Below are positions 18,811 to 29,078 of a stretch of 64,000 nucleotides of DNA, in pieces. Origin of the DNA: SAR324 cluster bacterium REDSEA-S27_B3 (GTDB taxonomy: Bacteria > SAR324 > NAC60-12); NCBI GenBank assembly GCA_001627865.1, contig LUQO01000003.1, forward strand, positions 38,092-102,091, given 5' to 3'. The position numbers were made by a program, and so were the translations under genes. The notes beneath the pieces were generated by a model, which was not told where the DNA came from, did not search any database, and was given only the letters and a program-made list of their open reading frames with translations. The stretch's first letter is position 1; the number at the start of each line of letters is the position of its first letter.

Positions 18811-20089
18811 CTCATTTTCTGACAAAAGTTTATGGTCAATTTCATTGTTTATTTTAGGAAGTTTTGGAACAATTTTTTTTGCCTCCTGTAATTCTTCTGA
18901 ATCAACAACACAAAGCATCACGGGACCTTCAAACATTTCAGGAACTGTGTTTGAAGTACCATTGGAATTTGACGCGGGAGAAAACCCTCTCAGCATTGCT
19001 GAAGGTGATTTAAATGGAGACAACAAAAAAGACCTTGTTGTGGCAAGCTCCAGAAAGCAAAATGGATTAACCACTTCAGCAGATGGAACTCTGACTATCT
19101 TCAAGAATAGCTCTTCTACTAACAGCCGTTTCCCATTTGTTTCCAGCACAATTACTCCTTCAACGGCGGAATGGAGACAGGATATTATTTCAGTTGACTA
19201 TTCCGGAGACAATTTGTCTGACTTAGTGGTTACACATACAGATGAGGATAAAATTAAATTTTTACTCAATGATGGCAGTACTAATTTTACTGATAACGGA
19301 AGTATCTCAGTAGGTGACGTACCACTGGATCTGATTGCCGGAGATTGGAACAGCGATAATCAAACTGATCTGGCTGTTGTAAATCGCGACAACAGCAGTG
19401 TTTCCATTCTTCAAAACAGTAGTGGAGTTTTTTCTGTTTCTCAGACTTTATCAGTAAAAGAACATCCTATCAGGATTTCAAGCGGAGACTGGGATGGAGA
19501 TTCAGACAATGATCTGGCAGTATTATTAAGAGACAATACTCTTGTTCAAATTTGGTTAAACAGCGGATCAGGCACTTTCAGCGAACATACAAGGAATTAT
19601 ACAGTCGGAAGTTCACCTATAGATATGATTTCCGGTGACTGGAACTGTGATGGGAAACCTGACCTGGCTGTCAGCAATTCCGGTGACAATACCCTTTCGT
19701 TGATTTATGGGAAAGGAAATGGGAATTTTGATTCGGCTGTCTCAATTAGCTCCGGACGCGGTCCCGGAACAATGGCTGCAGCTGATTTTGATAATGACAG
19801 TAAAATGGATTTTATTGTTGGTCATCGATTCCTTGTCAGTACTCCAGGAGATTCACTATTGACAGGAGATTTTTCGTTAACACTCAGCGACAGTACTTCA
19901 AATACAGGCTATGCCTCTCCTACTTCCTTTGCCGCAACCCTTTCAAAGGATGGCGCCTCACCAGCAGATATAGTCATTCTTGATGCAGATAATGACTCAA
20001 AACTAGACCTTTTGATTACTCTGCCTGTAAGCAAAAAATTAGCAGTTCTTTTCGGAAAACAATATTCCGGAAATCTTTCCTGCCCCTGA
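18800..20089 (+). CDS. FG-GAP/VCBS repeat beta-propeller lipoprotein
   Basis: Lipobox FAS-C; about 7 DxNxDxxxDL repeats (GDLNGDNKKDL, GDWNSDNQTDL, ADFDNDSKMDF). Confidence 0.88.
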   Translation: MSSNSFSDKSLWSISLFILGSFGTIFFASCNSSESTTQSITGPSNISGTVFEVPLEFDAGENPLSIAEGDLNGDNKKDLVVASSRKQNGLTTSADGTLTIFKNSSSTNSRFPFVSSTITPSTAEWRQDIISVDYSGDNLSDLVVTHTDEDKIKFLLNDGSTNFTDNGSISVGDVPLDLIAGDWNSDNQTDLAVVNRDNSSVSILQNSSGVFSVSQTLSVKEHPIRISSGDWDGDSDNDLAVLLRDNTLVQIWLNSGSGTFSEHTRNYTVGSSPIDMISGDWNCDGKPDLAVSNSGDNTLSLIYGKGNGNFDSAVSISSGRGPGTMAAADFDNDSKMDFIVGHRFLVSTPGDSLLTGDFSLTLSDSTSNTGYASPTSFAATLSKDGASPADIVILDADNDSKLDLLITLPVSKKLAVLFGKQYSGNLSCP

Positions 20090-20301
20090 ACTTCAAAAAT
20101 CAATTTGACGTAAGGAAGTAACAAAGATACACTCTTTACGTTATTACCCTGTAACTTGCTAAAAATACAAGAGGAATTCAACTATGAAATTGTTACTCAA
20201 TAATTTAAATTTTGAGTAAGCTCAGGCTGAAATGACTTGGAACAATGTCCAATTCAATTTTTGACAAACAATATTAAATAATTTTTCCACAAGAGTAATT
20301 T

Positions 20302-21126
20302 ATGCTGATTGCTGGGACATGGACAGCTTTATTGCTTTACATTATTAGCGGGATTTCTGGAATATATTTTTCAACCAGAGAAAAACCTTCAGAAAGCCTG
20401 CTTTTGAAATGGCTGGCAGTGGCAGCAATGCGTACTGCATGGTGCATTCATACTGTGACTTTGCTGGGATTGTTATGGTCAAAAGCTGTCTGGCCTGAAA
20501 CTTTTGTGAGTGATATTCTCAATGTCTTAGCCTGGTGCAGTATGGTAGTTGTTCAGGCATTACCTGAGCGTTTACTAAGTTTAGTCAATCCTTTCATCAT
20601 CCGTCTATTTGCAATTCTTCTTCTTGGATTATCTCTGATAATTTCCCAGAGACAAGTCATGCCCGATGTGATGGTTATTGAACAAACCTGGCTTTTTCAG
20701 GTTTTGCTTGGTACGCATATCATCATTCTTTTGGCAGGATATGTGATGCTTGGGGTGGCTTGTGTAGCCAGCATAATTTTTCTTTATCAGGAACACCATC
20801 TCAAAACAAAATTATTGACGTCAATTATGATTCGCTTTCCTGCACTTGGCACTCTGGATCGTATCAGCTGGCAAGGATCTCTCTGGGGCTTTCTGGCTTT
20901 GAGTATTGGCATTTTGCTTGGAATCATTATTAACAAAGGGGACACTACACTTTTAGCTGATATACGCTTTATCTCATCAATCAGTGCCTGGAGTATTTTC
21001 GGAATATTGCTGCTTCTTAGACAAATGAAAGCTCTAAAATCACTCTGGATTGCTATCTGGCCCATTGCCGGCTTTGTTTTGGCCTTAGTATCATTGGTCA
21101 CAGAACTTTTACGCATCAAACAATAA
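20302..21126 (+). CDS. CcsA/HemX (YpjD)-like membrane protein
   Basis: About 8 TMs, conserved His (LGTHI), LYQE-x2-LK-K, P-L-TLD; Trp-rich WWD motif reduced. Confidence 0.75.
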   Translation: MLIAGTWTALLLYIISGISGIYFSTREKPSESLLLKWLAVAAMRTAWCIHTVTLLGLLWSKAVWPETFVSDILNVLAWCSMVVVQALPERLLSLVNPFIIRLFAILLLGLSLIISQRQVMPDVMVIEQTWLFQVLLGTHIIILLAGYVMLGVACVASIIFLYQEHHLKTKLLTSIMIRFPALGTLDRISWQGSLWGFLALSIGILLGIIINKGDTTLLADIRFISSISAWSIFGILLLLRQMKALKSLWIAIWPIAGFVLALVSLVTELLRIKQ

Positions 21127-21160
21127 GTGTTGCCATAAATTTATTTTTTGAATCAAAAGA

Positions 21161-22153
21161 ATGCAGACAATTCAGCCTCAGATTAGAAACCTGAAGAGAT
21201 TTAAACAAATTTCCAGCGAAAATTTTTTGTTGGAAAATGCTAATAATTTAAAACAGTTACAAGAGGCAGTTAGAAGAAATTTGGGTAGTTCACTGCCTTT
21301 CTTATCTCAAATAGCAAACCACATGGTAAAACGAGGTAATAATCAGACTCGTGCCTTGGTTCTTCTCCAATCGGCCAGTCTTTTTAATAAACCAGATCAA
21401 GCTATTTTTGACATAGGCAGTACTTTGGAATATTTAAATACCGCGTCCGCATTGCATCAGCATATAAAAAATCCTGAGAATGCCAGACGTCGTCAGCAGT
21501 ATGCCAAAGAAGTCTGGGGTAATGAAGTAAGCGTTTTATTAGGCGATTATCTGTTATCAATCTCATTTCAAGTCTTAACACAATTAGGAAATCTGGATGT
21601 GTTAGAGTGCATTTCTTTGGCTACACAAAATATCTCGCATGCTCAGGTTCTGGAAATATCTGAACATCCTCTGACTGCAACTCCAAATCACTGGCGCAGT
21701 GTTACAATTGGGAAAAAAGCAGGACTGTTTGGTGCAGGTGCACAAAGTGCTGCTTATTGGGGGAATTCCACAAAATCAACTGCTTTGACATTATTTGCAT
21801 TTGGTGAGCATGTGGGTATGGCAACTAAATTGAAATCCGATATGAAAGTCATTGCCGATGAAAAACTGATAAAGCAGAAAATAACAAAACATGAATTGTG
21901 GTCGCCACTTTGTTTTTTGCTTTATGAATGTGTGCCAGAGAATGAACGGAGCGAATTTTTATATAAATTGAAAAATCAATCTGATAATCCTGAACTGATC
22001 ACAGAAATAGTCCATCTTCTGAAAAAATATGATGTTTCTGACATTCTTAAATACGAAGCAGAACTGGAACTGAAACAGGCAAAAGAATGTCTTTTAAAGC
22101 TGGAAATGGACACGGCACCTCTTCAACCTCTTACTAAATTTTCCGTTATTTAA
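21161..22153 (+). CDS. polyprenyl synthetase family protein lacking both DDxxD motifs
   Basis: EYLNTASALH, RR, WGNEVSVLLGDYL, KKAGLF and FGEHVG match the IspB-like scaffold; FARM and SARM aspartates missing. Confidence 0.8.
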   Translation: MQTIQPQIRNLKRFKQISSENFLLENANNLKQLQEAVRRNLGSSLPFLSQIANHMVKRGNNQTRALVLLQSASLFNKPDQAIFDIGSTLEYLNTASALHQHIKNPENARRRQQYAKEVWGNEVSVLLGDYLLSISFQVLTQLGNLDVLECISLATQNISHAQVLEISEHPLTATPNHWRSVTIGKKAGLFGAGAQSAAYWGNSTKSTALTLFAFGEHVGMATKLKSDMKVIADEKLIKQKITKHELWSPLCFLLYECVPENERSEFLYKLKNQSDNPELITEIVHLLKKYDVSDILKYEAELELKQAKECLLKLEMDTAPLQPLTKFSVI

Positions 22154-22154
22154 C

Positions 22155-22967
22155 ATGTCGGACTCATTATTAATCAATATTGAATATTCTATTGCTGAAA
22201 TAGAAATCAACCGCCCTGACCAAGCAAATGCATTGGATGAAGAATTATGGTTTAGGATTGGTGAGTGTTTCAGTGAAATAGATGAAAACGATTCTGTAAG
22301 GGTTTGTATTCTGAGTGGCGCTGGCAAAAACTTTTGTTCCGGAATAGATCTCAATTTTTTGCAGAATCTTTTGCAGGAAATTAGCTCTTATGACTGTGAA
22401 GGTAGAAAGAGTGAATACTTAAGACGCAAACTTTTGAAAATGCAGGTAGCATTCACACAAATTGAACGCTGCAGAAAACCAGTTATTTCTGCAATTCACG
22501 GAAGTTGTATTGGAGGAGGAGTTGATTTAATAAGTGCTTGTGATATCCGTAATTGTACCAAAAACACGATTTTTCAAATTAAGGAAATTGATCTTGGCAT
22601 CACTGCTGATGTAGGCACATTACAACGTCTACCACACCTGATGCCTCAGGGAGTTGTCCGGGAATTAGCTTACACTGGCAGGAAGTTTTCCGGAGAAGAA
22701 GCACAAGACTTAGGTTTGGTCAACAACTGTTATGATGACAAGAAAACCATGATGACTGAAGTCAGGAAGACTGCTGAGCAAATTGCAAGCAAATCACCTT
22801 TAGCAATACGTGGTGTGAAGGAAATGCTTTTGTATTCCCGGGATCATTCTGTCTCCTCCGGACTTAATTATGTGGCAACCTGGAACTCAGCAATGCTTTT
22901 GTCATCTGATCTTGAAGAATCAAAAATGGCTATGCTGCAAAAAAGAACTCCGGAATACAAGGATTGA
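22155..22967 (+). CDS. crotonase family, delta3,5-delta2,4-dienoyl-CoA isomerase (ECH1)-like
   Basis: FCSGIDL, HGSCIGGGVDL, IKEIDLGITADVGTLQRLP. Confidence 0.88.
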   Translation: MSDSLLINIEYSIAEIEINRPDQANALDEELWFRIGECFSEIDENDSVRVCILSGAGKNFCSGIDLNFLQNLLQEISSYDCEGRKSEYLRRKLLKMQVAFTQIERCRKPVISAIHGSCIGGGVDLISACDIRNCTKNTIFQIKEIDLGITADVGTLQRLPHLMPQGVVRELAYTGRKFSGEEAQDLGLVNNCYDDKKTMMTEVRKTAEQIASKSPLAIRGVKEMLLYSRDHSVSSGLNYVATWNSAMLLSSDLEESKMAMLQKRTPEYKD

Positions 22968-23076
22968 CAAACTCACATTTTCTGTCTCCGCAGCGAATAT
23001 AATTACTTGCAAATTAAAACATTATTTCAGGAGGAAAGAATAATTAAATCAGTCATTAATACTAAACAAATTTAAT

Positions 23077-26000
23077 ATGATCCCCCGCCTCAGTTTAACT
23101 GACAGGATTCCTCAGGTTGTGCAAAGTTTTCTTGCAGAATTGCGTCAAAGTAAATTTTCCGGAAACATAAATCATGATTATGCTACTCGAATTGTTACTG
23201 CAACGGACAACAGCATATATCAGGTTTTGCCACAAGCAGTTGTATATCCAAAAAACACAAAAGACATACAAACTGTACTTGTTATTGCGGATAAAAAAAA
23301 GTTTCGAAATAACATCAAAATCACCGCACGCGGTGGAGGTACAGGCACAAATGGACAATCGCTGACGGGAGGAATTGTGCTGGATTGTTCACGTTTTATG
23401 AATCGGATTCTTGAAACGAACCTCAAGGAAGGATGGGTAAGAGTTGAACCGGGAGTTGTCCTTGATCAGTTGAACAAACATCTTGCGCCTCACAAAGTTT
23501 TTTTTGCTCCTGATTTATCCCCCAGCAATAGAGCAACATTAGGAGGCATGGTTAACACCGATGCTTGTGGAAAAGGTTCACGCATTTATGGGCGTACTAG
23601 CGACCATGTTTTGGAGTTGTCCTGTGTTTTATCCAGCAGTGAAGTTATGCAGGCCATACCGCTTGATCCTGTAGTTTTGAGTGAGCGCAAAAAACAACCA
23701 GGAATTGAAGGTGACATATATAAAGTCGTGGATAAAATAGTTTCTGAAAAAGCAAATCTGATTGAAGACATTTTTCCTAAAATGAACCGCTTCATGACAG
23801 GATATAACCTTGCCAAAGTGTATGGAAATTCGGATAAAAAATTCAATCTCAACTATTTGCTTTGCGGCTCAGAAGGAACATTAGCAATTGTCAACGAGGC
23901 AAAACTGCGTCTGACTCCGCTTCCGAAACATAAGCATTTGCTTGTTGTAAAATATGAGAATTTTGATGACGCACTTAGTGACGCAGAAATACTGGTTGAG
24001 TCTGATCCTTCAGCAATTGAGACAATTGACGAAAATATTCTCAGTCTGGCTAAAAGTGATGAAATATATATAAAAATCAAAGCATTCATTGCTGATGAAA
24101 CTAATAAGTCCGGAACCAAAATAAGACCTACAAGAACAATCAACCTGATAGAATTCAGCGGTAATAACAAAAGTAATCTGGAGAAACGAATTGCTTCACT
24201 GTGCAAAATCATTGACCGCGGTAAAAATGAGTCCGGGAAAGCAACAGGTTATTACAAAACAACTGACCCGCAGGAAATAATTGATCTTTGGAATTTGCGC
24301 AAAAAAGGTGTGGGGCTTTTAGGGAAAACTCAGGGGGAACGTAAACCTTTACCATTTGTGGAAGATACTGCGGTTCCTGTGAAAAACCTTGCAAAATATA
24401 TTAGCGAGTTCAGGAAATTACTTGAAACATTTGGCCTCGAGTATGCCATGTTTGGTCATGTTGATGTAGGATGTTTACATGTACGACCGGCTTTGGACTT
24501 AAAAAACCCTGAAGAGGAACCATGGATCAGGGAACTCTCAGATAAAGTTGTTGAGTTAGTAAAAAAATATGAAGGTGTAATGTGGGGTGAGCACGGGCGT
24601 GGTTACCGAAGTGAATACACTGAAGAATTTTTTGGTGAAGAGTTGCATCAGGATTTACGACACATTAAAGAAGCCTTTGATCCAAATAATCGACTTAATC
24701 CAGGAAAAATAGTTACTCCATTCTCACTCAAAGAGCAGGTTGTCCCTCTTGAAGGACCGTTGCGCGGACAACATGATCGCCAGATAAATCAGGATTACCT
24801 TGAAGAATATCAGACTGCTATAAACTGCAACGGTAATGCTGCATGTTTCGACTACTCACCGGACAATGTGATGTGCCCGTCTTCAATAATTACTCGTGAT
24901 CGCATTCATTCTCCGCAAGGAAGAGCGGCTTTGATGCGTGAGTGGCTGAGACTGCTTTCATTGAACCAGTCAGAAGTTCTTCCTGAATTTAAGACAGTAG
25001 ATTCTCTGCGAAACATAATCAATAAAGTTTCTAATACATTGCGCAAAAAGCAGGGAGAGTATGATTTTTCACATGAAGTTTATGATTCAATGTCCGGATG
25101 CTTAGTTTGTAAAGCATGTGTTACACAGTGTCCGGTGCAGGTGAATGTTCCGGAATTTCGTTCAAAATTTCTTGAACTTTATCATTCCCTTTATTTTCGT
25201 CCACTCAAAGATTATTTGGTAGGATCAACCGAAAGCCTGGGCCGTTTATTTTCTCAAATGCCATGGCTGGCAAATTCAATTTTAGGCAGCCATATATTCC
25301 GGAATTTACTAAAAAATCAGATTGGATTAAGGGATTTTCCAGAATACAGTCCGGAATCTGTCAGAAAGCATCTGCTGAATTATGATGCAAAAGCATTTAA
25401 TACAGATGAACTGTATACCCTTTCAGCGGAAGAATCAAAACGCAGTGTAATCCTTCTGCAGGATGCATTTACCTCATTTTATGAATCACAGATTGTGATG
25501 GAATTTTATCGACTGTTAAGGAGAATGAATTTCACTGTATATGTAGCACCGTTTCATCCCAACGGTAAACCATTGCATGTAAAAGGATTCTTAAAAAAAT
25601 TCAGAAATGTTGCTGAGAGAAATACAAAATGGCTTTCACATGTTGGAGGAACAGGAATTCCAATAGTGGGACTTGATCCCAGTATAGTGTTAACTTATCG
25701 TGATGAATATTTGACAATCCTGGGAGAAAAAGAATTGCCATTTAAAGTGATGCTGCCACAGGAATTTTTAATTATGAATAGTGAAAAATGCAGAACCCAT
25801 GCAGTTTCTACAGGACATAAAACAATAAAATATCAGTTATTTGGACATTGCACTGAAAAAACAACCGCACTTCGTTCACAGGAACTTTGGCAGGATGTTT
25901 TTAGAGAGTTTGGCTTAAGTTTGCAATTAATTCCTGCAGGATGCTGCGGAATGGCTGGAACTTACGGACATGAAACCGAACATTTTGAAAAGTCCCAGGG

Positions 26001-26178
26001 GATATACAATTTAAGCTGGAAAGAAAAAATTCCTGAAGATCCAATTGATAGGCAAAACATTTTGGCAAGCGGATTTTCCTGCCGCAGTCAGATAAAACGT
26101 ATTGAAGGGTTTCGCCCGCTTCATCCAGTTCAGGCCTTGTTAAGAGAAATAAATACGGCTGAAGTACTGGATTCTTAA
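23077..26178 (+). CDS. ydiJ: FAD-binding and Fe-S oxidoreductase (YdiJ, D-2-hydroxyglutarate dehydrogenase-like)
   Basis: ATDNSIYQ, RGGGTGTNGQS, GSEGTL, GHVDVGCLHVRP, WGEHG, CLVCKACVTQCP, CCGMAGTYGHE. Confidence 0.9.
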   Translation: MIPRLSLTDRIPQVVQSFLAELRQSKFSGNINHDYATRIVTATDNSIYQVLPQAVVYPKNTKDIQTVLVIADKKKFRNNIKITARGGGTGTNGQSLTGGIVLDCSRFMNRILETNLKEGWVRVEPGVVLDQLNKHLAPHKVFFAPDLSPSNRATLGGMVNTDACGKGSRIYGRTSDHVLELSCVLSSSEVMQAIPLDPVVLSERKKQPGIEGDIYKVVDKIVSEKANLIEDIFPKMNRFMTGYNLAKVYGNSDKKFNLNYLLCGSEGTLAIVNEAKLRLTPLPKHKHLLVVKYENFDDALSDAEILVESDPSAIETIDENILSLAKSDEIYIKIKAFIADETNKSGTKIRPTRTINLIEFSGNNKSNLEKRIASLCKIIDRGKNESGKATGYYKTTDPQEIIDLWNLRKKGVGLLGKTQGERKPLPFVEDTAVPVKNLAKYISEFRKLLETFGLEYAMFGHVDVGCLHVRPALDLKNPEEEPWIRELSDKVVELVKKYEGVMWGEHGRGYRSEYTEEFFGEELHQDLRHIKEAFDPNNRLNPGKIVTPFSLKEQVVPLEGPLRGQHDRQINQDYLEEYQTAINCNGNAACFDYSPDNVMCPSSIITRDRIHSPQGRAALMREWLRLLSLNQSEVLPEFKTVDSLRNIINKVSNTLRKKQGEYDFSHEVYDSMSGCLVCKACVTQCPVQVNVPEFRSKFLELYHSLYFRPLKDYLVGSTESLGRLFSQMPWLANSILGSHIFRNLLKNQIGLRDFPEYSPESVRKHLLNYDAKAFNTDELYTLSAEESKRSVILLQDAFTSFYESQIVMEFYRLLRRMNFTVYVAPFHPNGKPLHVKGFLKKFRNVAERNTKWLSHVGGTGIPIVGLDPSIVLTYRDEYLTILGEKELPFKVMLPQEFLIMNSEKCRTHAVSTGHKTIKYQLFGHCTEKTTALRSQELWQDVFREFGLSLQLIPAGCCGMAGTYGHETEHFEKSQGIYNLSWKEKIPEDPIDRQNILASGFSCRSQIKRIEGFRPLHPVQALLREINTAEVLDS

Positions 26179-26210
26179 CTAATTGAATTTAAATCGTTCG
26201 TAAATGTTCT

Positions 26211-26546
26211 ATGGAAGAAATATCTTTTGAGGATTTCACACGTGTTGAAATTCGTACAGGAACAATTCTGGACGCAACTCTCAATACAAAGGCCAGACAG
26301 CCAGCATATACATTGACAATAGATTTTGGCCCACTGGGGATAAAAACCAGCTCAGCACAGATTACCAAAAACTATCATCCGGAAAATCTAATTGGAATGC
26401 AAATTTCCGCAGTAGTAAATTTCCCTGTCAAACGAATTGCCGGAATCAAGTCTGAGGTTCTGGTACTTGGAGCTTATTCTGAAGAAAAAGAAGTTGTGTT
26501 ACTGACACTGACTGATTCAGTGGAAGACGGCTCACTTGTGGGATGA
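26211..26546 (+). CDS. csaA: tRNA-binding / export chaperone CsaA
   Basis: IDFGPLGIKTSSAQIT, VVNFPVKRIAG, SEVLVLG. Confidence 0.9.
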   Translation: MEEISFEDFTRVEIRTGTILDATLNTKARQPAYTLTIDFGPLGIKTSSAQITKNYHPENLIGMQISAVVNFPVKRIAGIKSEVLVLGAYSEEKEVVLLTLTDSVEDGSLVG

Positions 26547-27466
26547 TAGATTTCTTCTCCAGATTTTGATTCAGAATGAATCTTACTTATCATTTTGTCA
26601 TTTTCAGACCATGATTCATTCAGGAATTTCCTTACTGCTAAAGCACCTCCTTTACCCCTGATTGTCTCAAGGGATGGCATTCCTTTTTCACCAAGTTTAA
26701 AGGTCTCTAACCTCATTACAATTCTGGGAATTCTACCCAGTAAAAAATCTGTTAATGTTGGAGAAGCAATACCAGGATAAATCAGTGAGACAATAAGGAT
26801 ATTTGTTAATTCATCACCAATGATGCCCAATACTGTGTGTATTCCTCCAGCACGTGGCTTTAACATATTATTGAAAGGTGAGTTTGTTCTGCTATGTTTT
26901 TCTGGAGTAAAGCGTGTTCCTTCAGCATAAATAAGCAAGCTTACAGGTTGTCCTCGCAATTTTTCACATGAACGCTTAGTTGTTTCCAGATCTTTACCAC
27001 GTAATTCAGGAAGTTTATTTAAAGTTACTTTGGAATATCTTTTCATTGAAGGAAATTCCAATGCCCATAATCCTAGTCCCAGGAATGGAACCCAAATTAA
27101 CTCCTGTTTGATAAAGAAACGTAAAAATGGGATTTGCCTGAAAAATAAGCGCTGCAGGGCTGGAATGTCGAGTAAAGAAAGATGATTGCTGATAACTAAA
27201 TATGAGCCTTTCATACTCAAGTTTTCTAATCCTTGAATGTCCCATACCGGGTTATAAAACACTTTCATAATAAAATTATTGACCAGAACATACCCATTAG
27301 AAATCCAGTACGAAATTCCTCCTAAAAGGCGATGCCATTCCGGTCTCGGTAATACAAATTTGATGAAACCGCATAAACTGACCAGGGTTCCATGGAATAT
27401 TGTATTAAGTGACAAGAAGAAAAGAAAAAGCGGAATCCTGATTATGTTTTTCAGCAAAAGAGCCAT
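26474..27466 (-). CDS. PlsC-family acyltransferase (YihG-like)
   Basis: SNHLSLLDI (HxxxxD), FFIKQELIWVP, AEGTRFT, KPRAGG. Confidence 0.88.
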   Translation of the reverse strand: MALLLKNIIRIPLFLFFLSLNTIFHGTLVSLCGFIKFVLPRPEWHRLLGGISYWISNGYVLVNNFIMKVFYNPVWDIQGLENLSMKGSYLVISNHLSLLDIPALQRLFFRQIPFLRFFIKQELIWVPFLGLGLWALEFPSMKRYSKVTLNKLPELRGKDLETTKRSCEKLRGQPVSLLIYAEGTRFTPEKHSRTNSPFNNMLKPRAGGIHTVLGIIGDELTNILIVSLIYPGIASPTLTDFLLGRIPRIVMRLETFKLGEKGMPSLETIRGKGGALAVRKFLNESWSENDKMISKIHSESKSGEEIYHPTSEPSSTESVSVSNTTSFSSE

Positions 27467-27595
27467 TTGAAAATTATATATTTATTGTGTTTCAGCCTGT
27501 TCTCAGCAATTTAATTTTTATTGCTAGAGTGGGTTGATGTTGACAGAGATTGCGGTTTAAATCAAGCCGATGAAATACAAATGAGGTTATCAACA

Positions 27596-29074
27596 TTAGT
27601 TCAATTTGCTTGCATATCGCATTATATCTGACATTCCCATAGGTGGGAACAGCCAGTAATCAGGAAGATATCCTGAAGTTGAAACAGGCTTACCCAGGTG
27701 GTTCAAGTGCAATCTGTTTCCAAAAGATAGCATGATATGAGAATGCTTTAGTTGAAAAATTGGTCCGGAAGTGTTTTTGGGGAATGGTCCTGTATTTGTG
27801 CCGATTAAAGTTCCATCCGGAATCTGTTTTGTCAAAGCAGCCAAAAATTGACAGCCGTTTCCACAATACTTGTTGGTAATTACTATCAGACGAGTATTCC
27901 ATTTTGGGGCATCTTTATTTCCATTGAAAATGAATTTGGTTTCCACCCATTTTTGATCAATCTCTTTTTTCATGAAATGATCAATAAGAACACGCAGCTG
28001 CTGACTCTTTTGTTCAAGTTGATCTTGTCCGACTAACAGACGTGATGAGCTTCGATTTAAATTCCATTGAACACGGTTCAGCAAACCTTTCAAAATTTGT
28101 GGTGTCTGCCGTTCCTGAAGAATTACATTTTTCCAGTGACTGCTTGTGTATTCCTTGAGCCACTTCTCAATAAATGAAAAACTTCCATTACTGTTACCTC
28201 TTACATCAATGATAAGTATTTGTGATTTACGTAATTTTCTTGCCAGTTTGTAAAACTTCTTTACAGATGTTTCTTTGGATTTACCATCTCTGTACCATCG
28301 TAAATATGGTATCCGCCCATCTACGTATTCATAAATAGGCGTTTCAGGGGAATTCAGTACTGATTCAGAAATTATAAGCGGGAGTAAGGTTTCATGCCTT
28401 ACGCCGGCCTCACTTTCAAATGTGCAATTGAGTGGCTTCAACTGGTGATTCGCTTGTTGTCCTAATATAAATAACAATTCTGACTGCCTCTGAGGCAGTA
28501 TAGGAAAGAATACCTCTCGGGAATTTGAACAGCCAATGAACCGGTGATTGGCAATTTTTTTAGGGTGATGATGACTGGGTAAAACACGGAAGTGCTGCTT
28601 CTGTTGTGCCAATCTGATACCGGTATAAAATGCTACTTTTGGCTCAATACGCTGAAAATAATGTCTTTTTTTTAATAACAGATTCGCCTGGATATTGGAA
28701 TCTTCTGTAAATTCCAAAGCTTTTATCAGTTGCTTTTGAAAATGATGTGTGAGAATTGGGTTAACATCCTTTAAAAAATATCTCTCAAGGTTTCGGAAAA
28801 CGGAATGCCATCTGATCCCAATCTGTTCAAGAATGGGATAACGAATATAGTTATCCCGTAACAAACGCTCTGCCTGTGTCAAATCTTCCCTGATCTGCTT
28901 GTTTGAAAGAAAAATTGGACCGTTTCCGGATAAGTCCAGTGATTGTATTGACTCAGTTCCAAGGCATAATTTGGCAGAAAGTAGTGCAAACAGCACAGAA
29001 AAAAGACATACACTGGTATATATGCGTAATTTCGAGATTCTGGGAAATATCCTCTTTTTAATTTCGTAGATCAT
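27596..29074 (-). CDS. secreted S41 peptidase-like protein, catalytic motif degenerate
   Basis: IIDVRGNSNG, LIVITNKYCGNGCQ (where SASxSE is expected), LIGTNTG, GYLPD. Confidence 0.65.
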   Translation of the reverse strand: MIYEIKKRIFPRISKLRIYTSVCLFSVLFALLSAKLCLGTESIQSLDLSGNGPIFLSNKQIREDLTQAERLLRDNYIRYPILEQIGIRWHSVFRNLERYFLKDVNPILTHHFQKQLIKALEFTEDSNIQANLLLKKRHYFQRIEPKVAFYTGIRLAQQKQHFRVLPSHHHPKKIANHRFIGCSNSREVFFPILPQRQSELLFILGQQANHQLKPLNCTFESEAGVRHETLLPLIISESVLNSPETPIYEYVDGRIPYLRWYRDGKSKETSVKKFYKLARKLRKSQILIIDVRGNSNGSFSFIEKWLKEYTSSHWKNVILQERQTPQILKGLLNRVQWNLNRSSSRLLVGQDQLEQKSQQLRVLIDHFMKKEIDQKWVETKFIFNGNKDAPKWNTRLIVITNKYCGNGCQFLAALTKQIPDGTLIGTNTGPFPKNTSGPIFQLKHSHIMLSFGNRLHLNHLGKPVSTSGYLPDYWLFPPMGMSDIMRYASKLN

Positions 29075-29078
29075 TATT

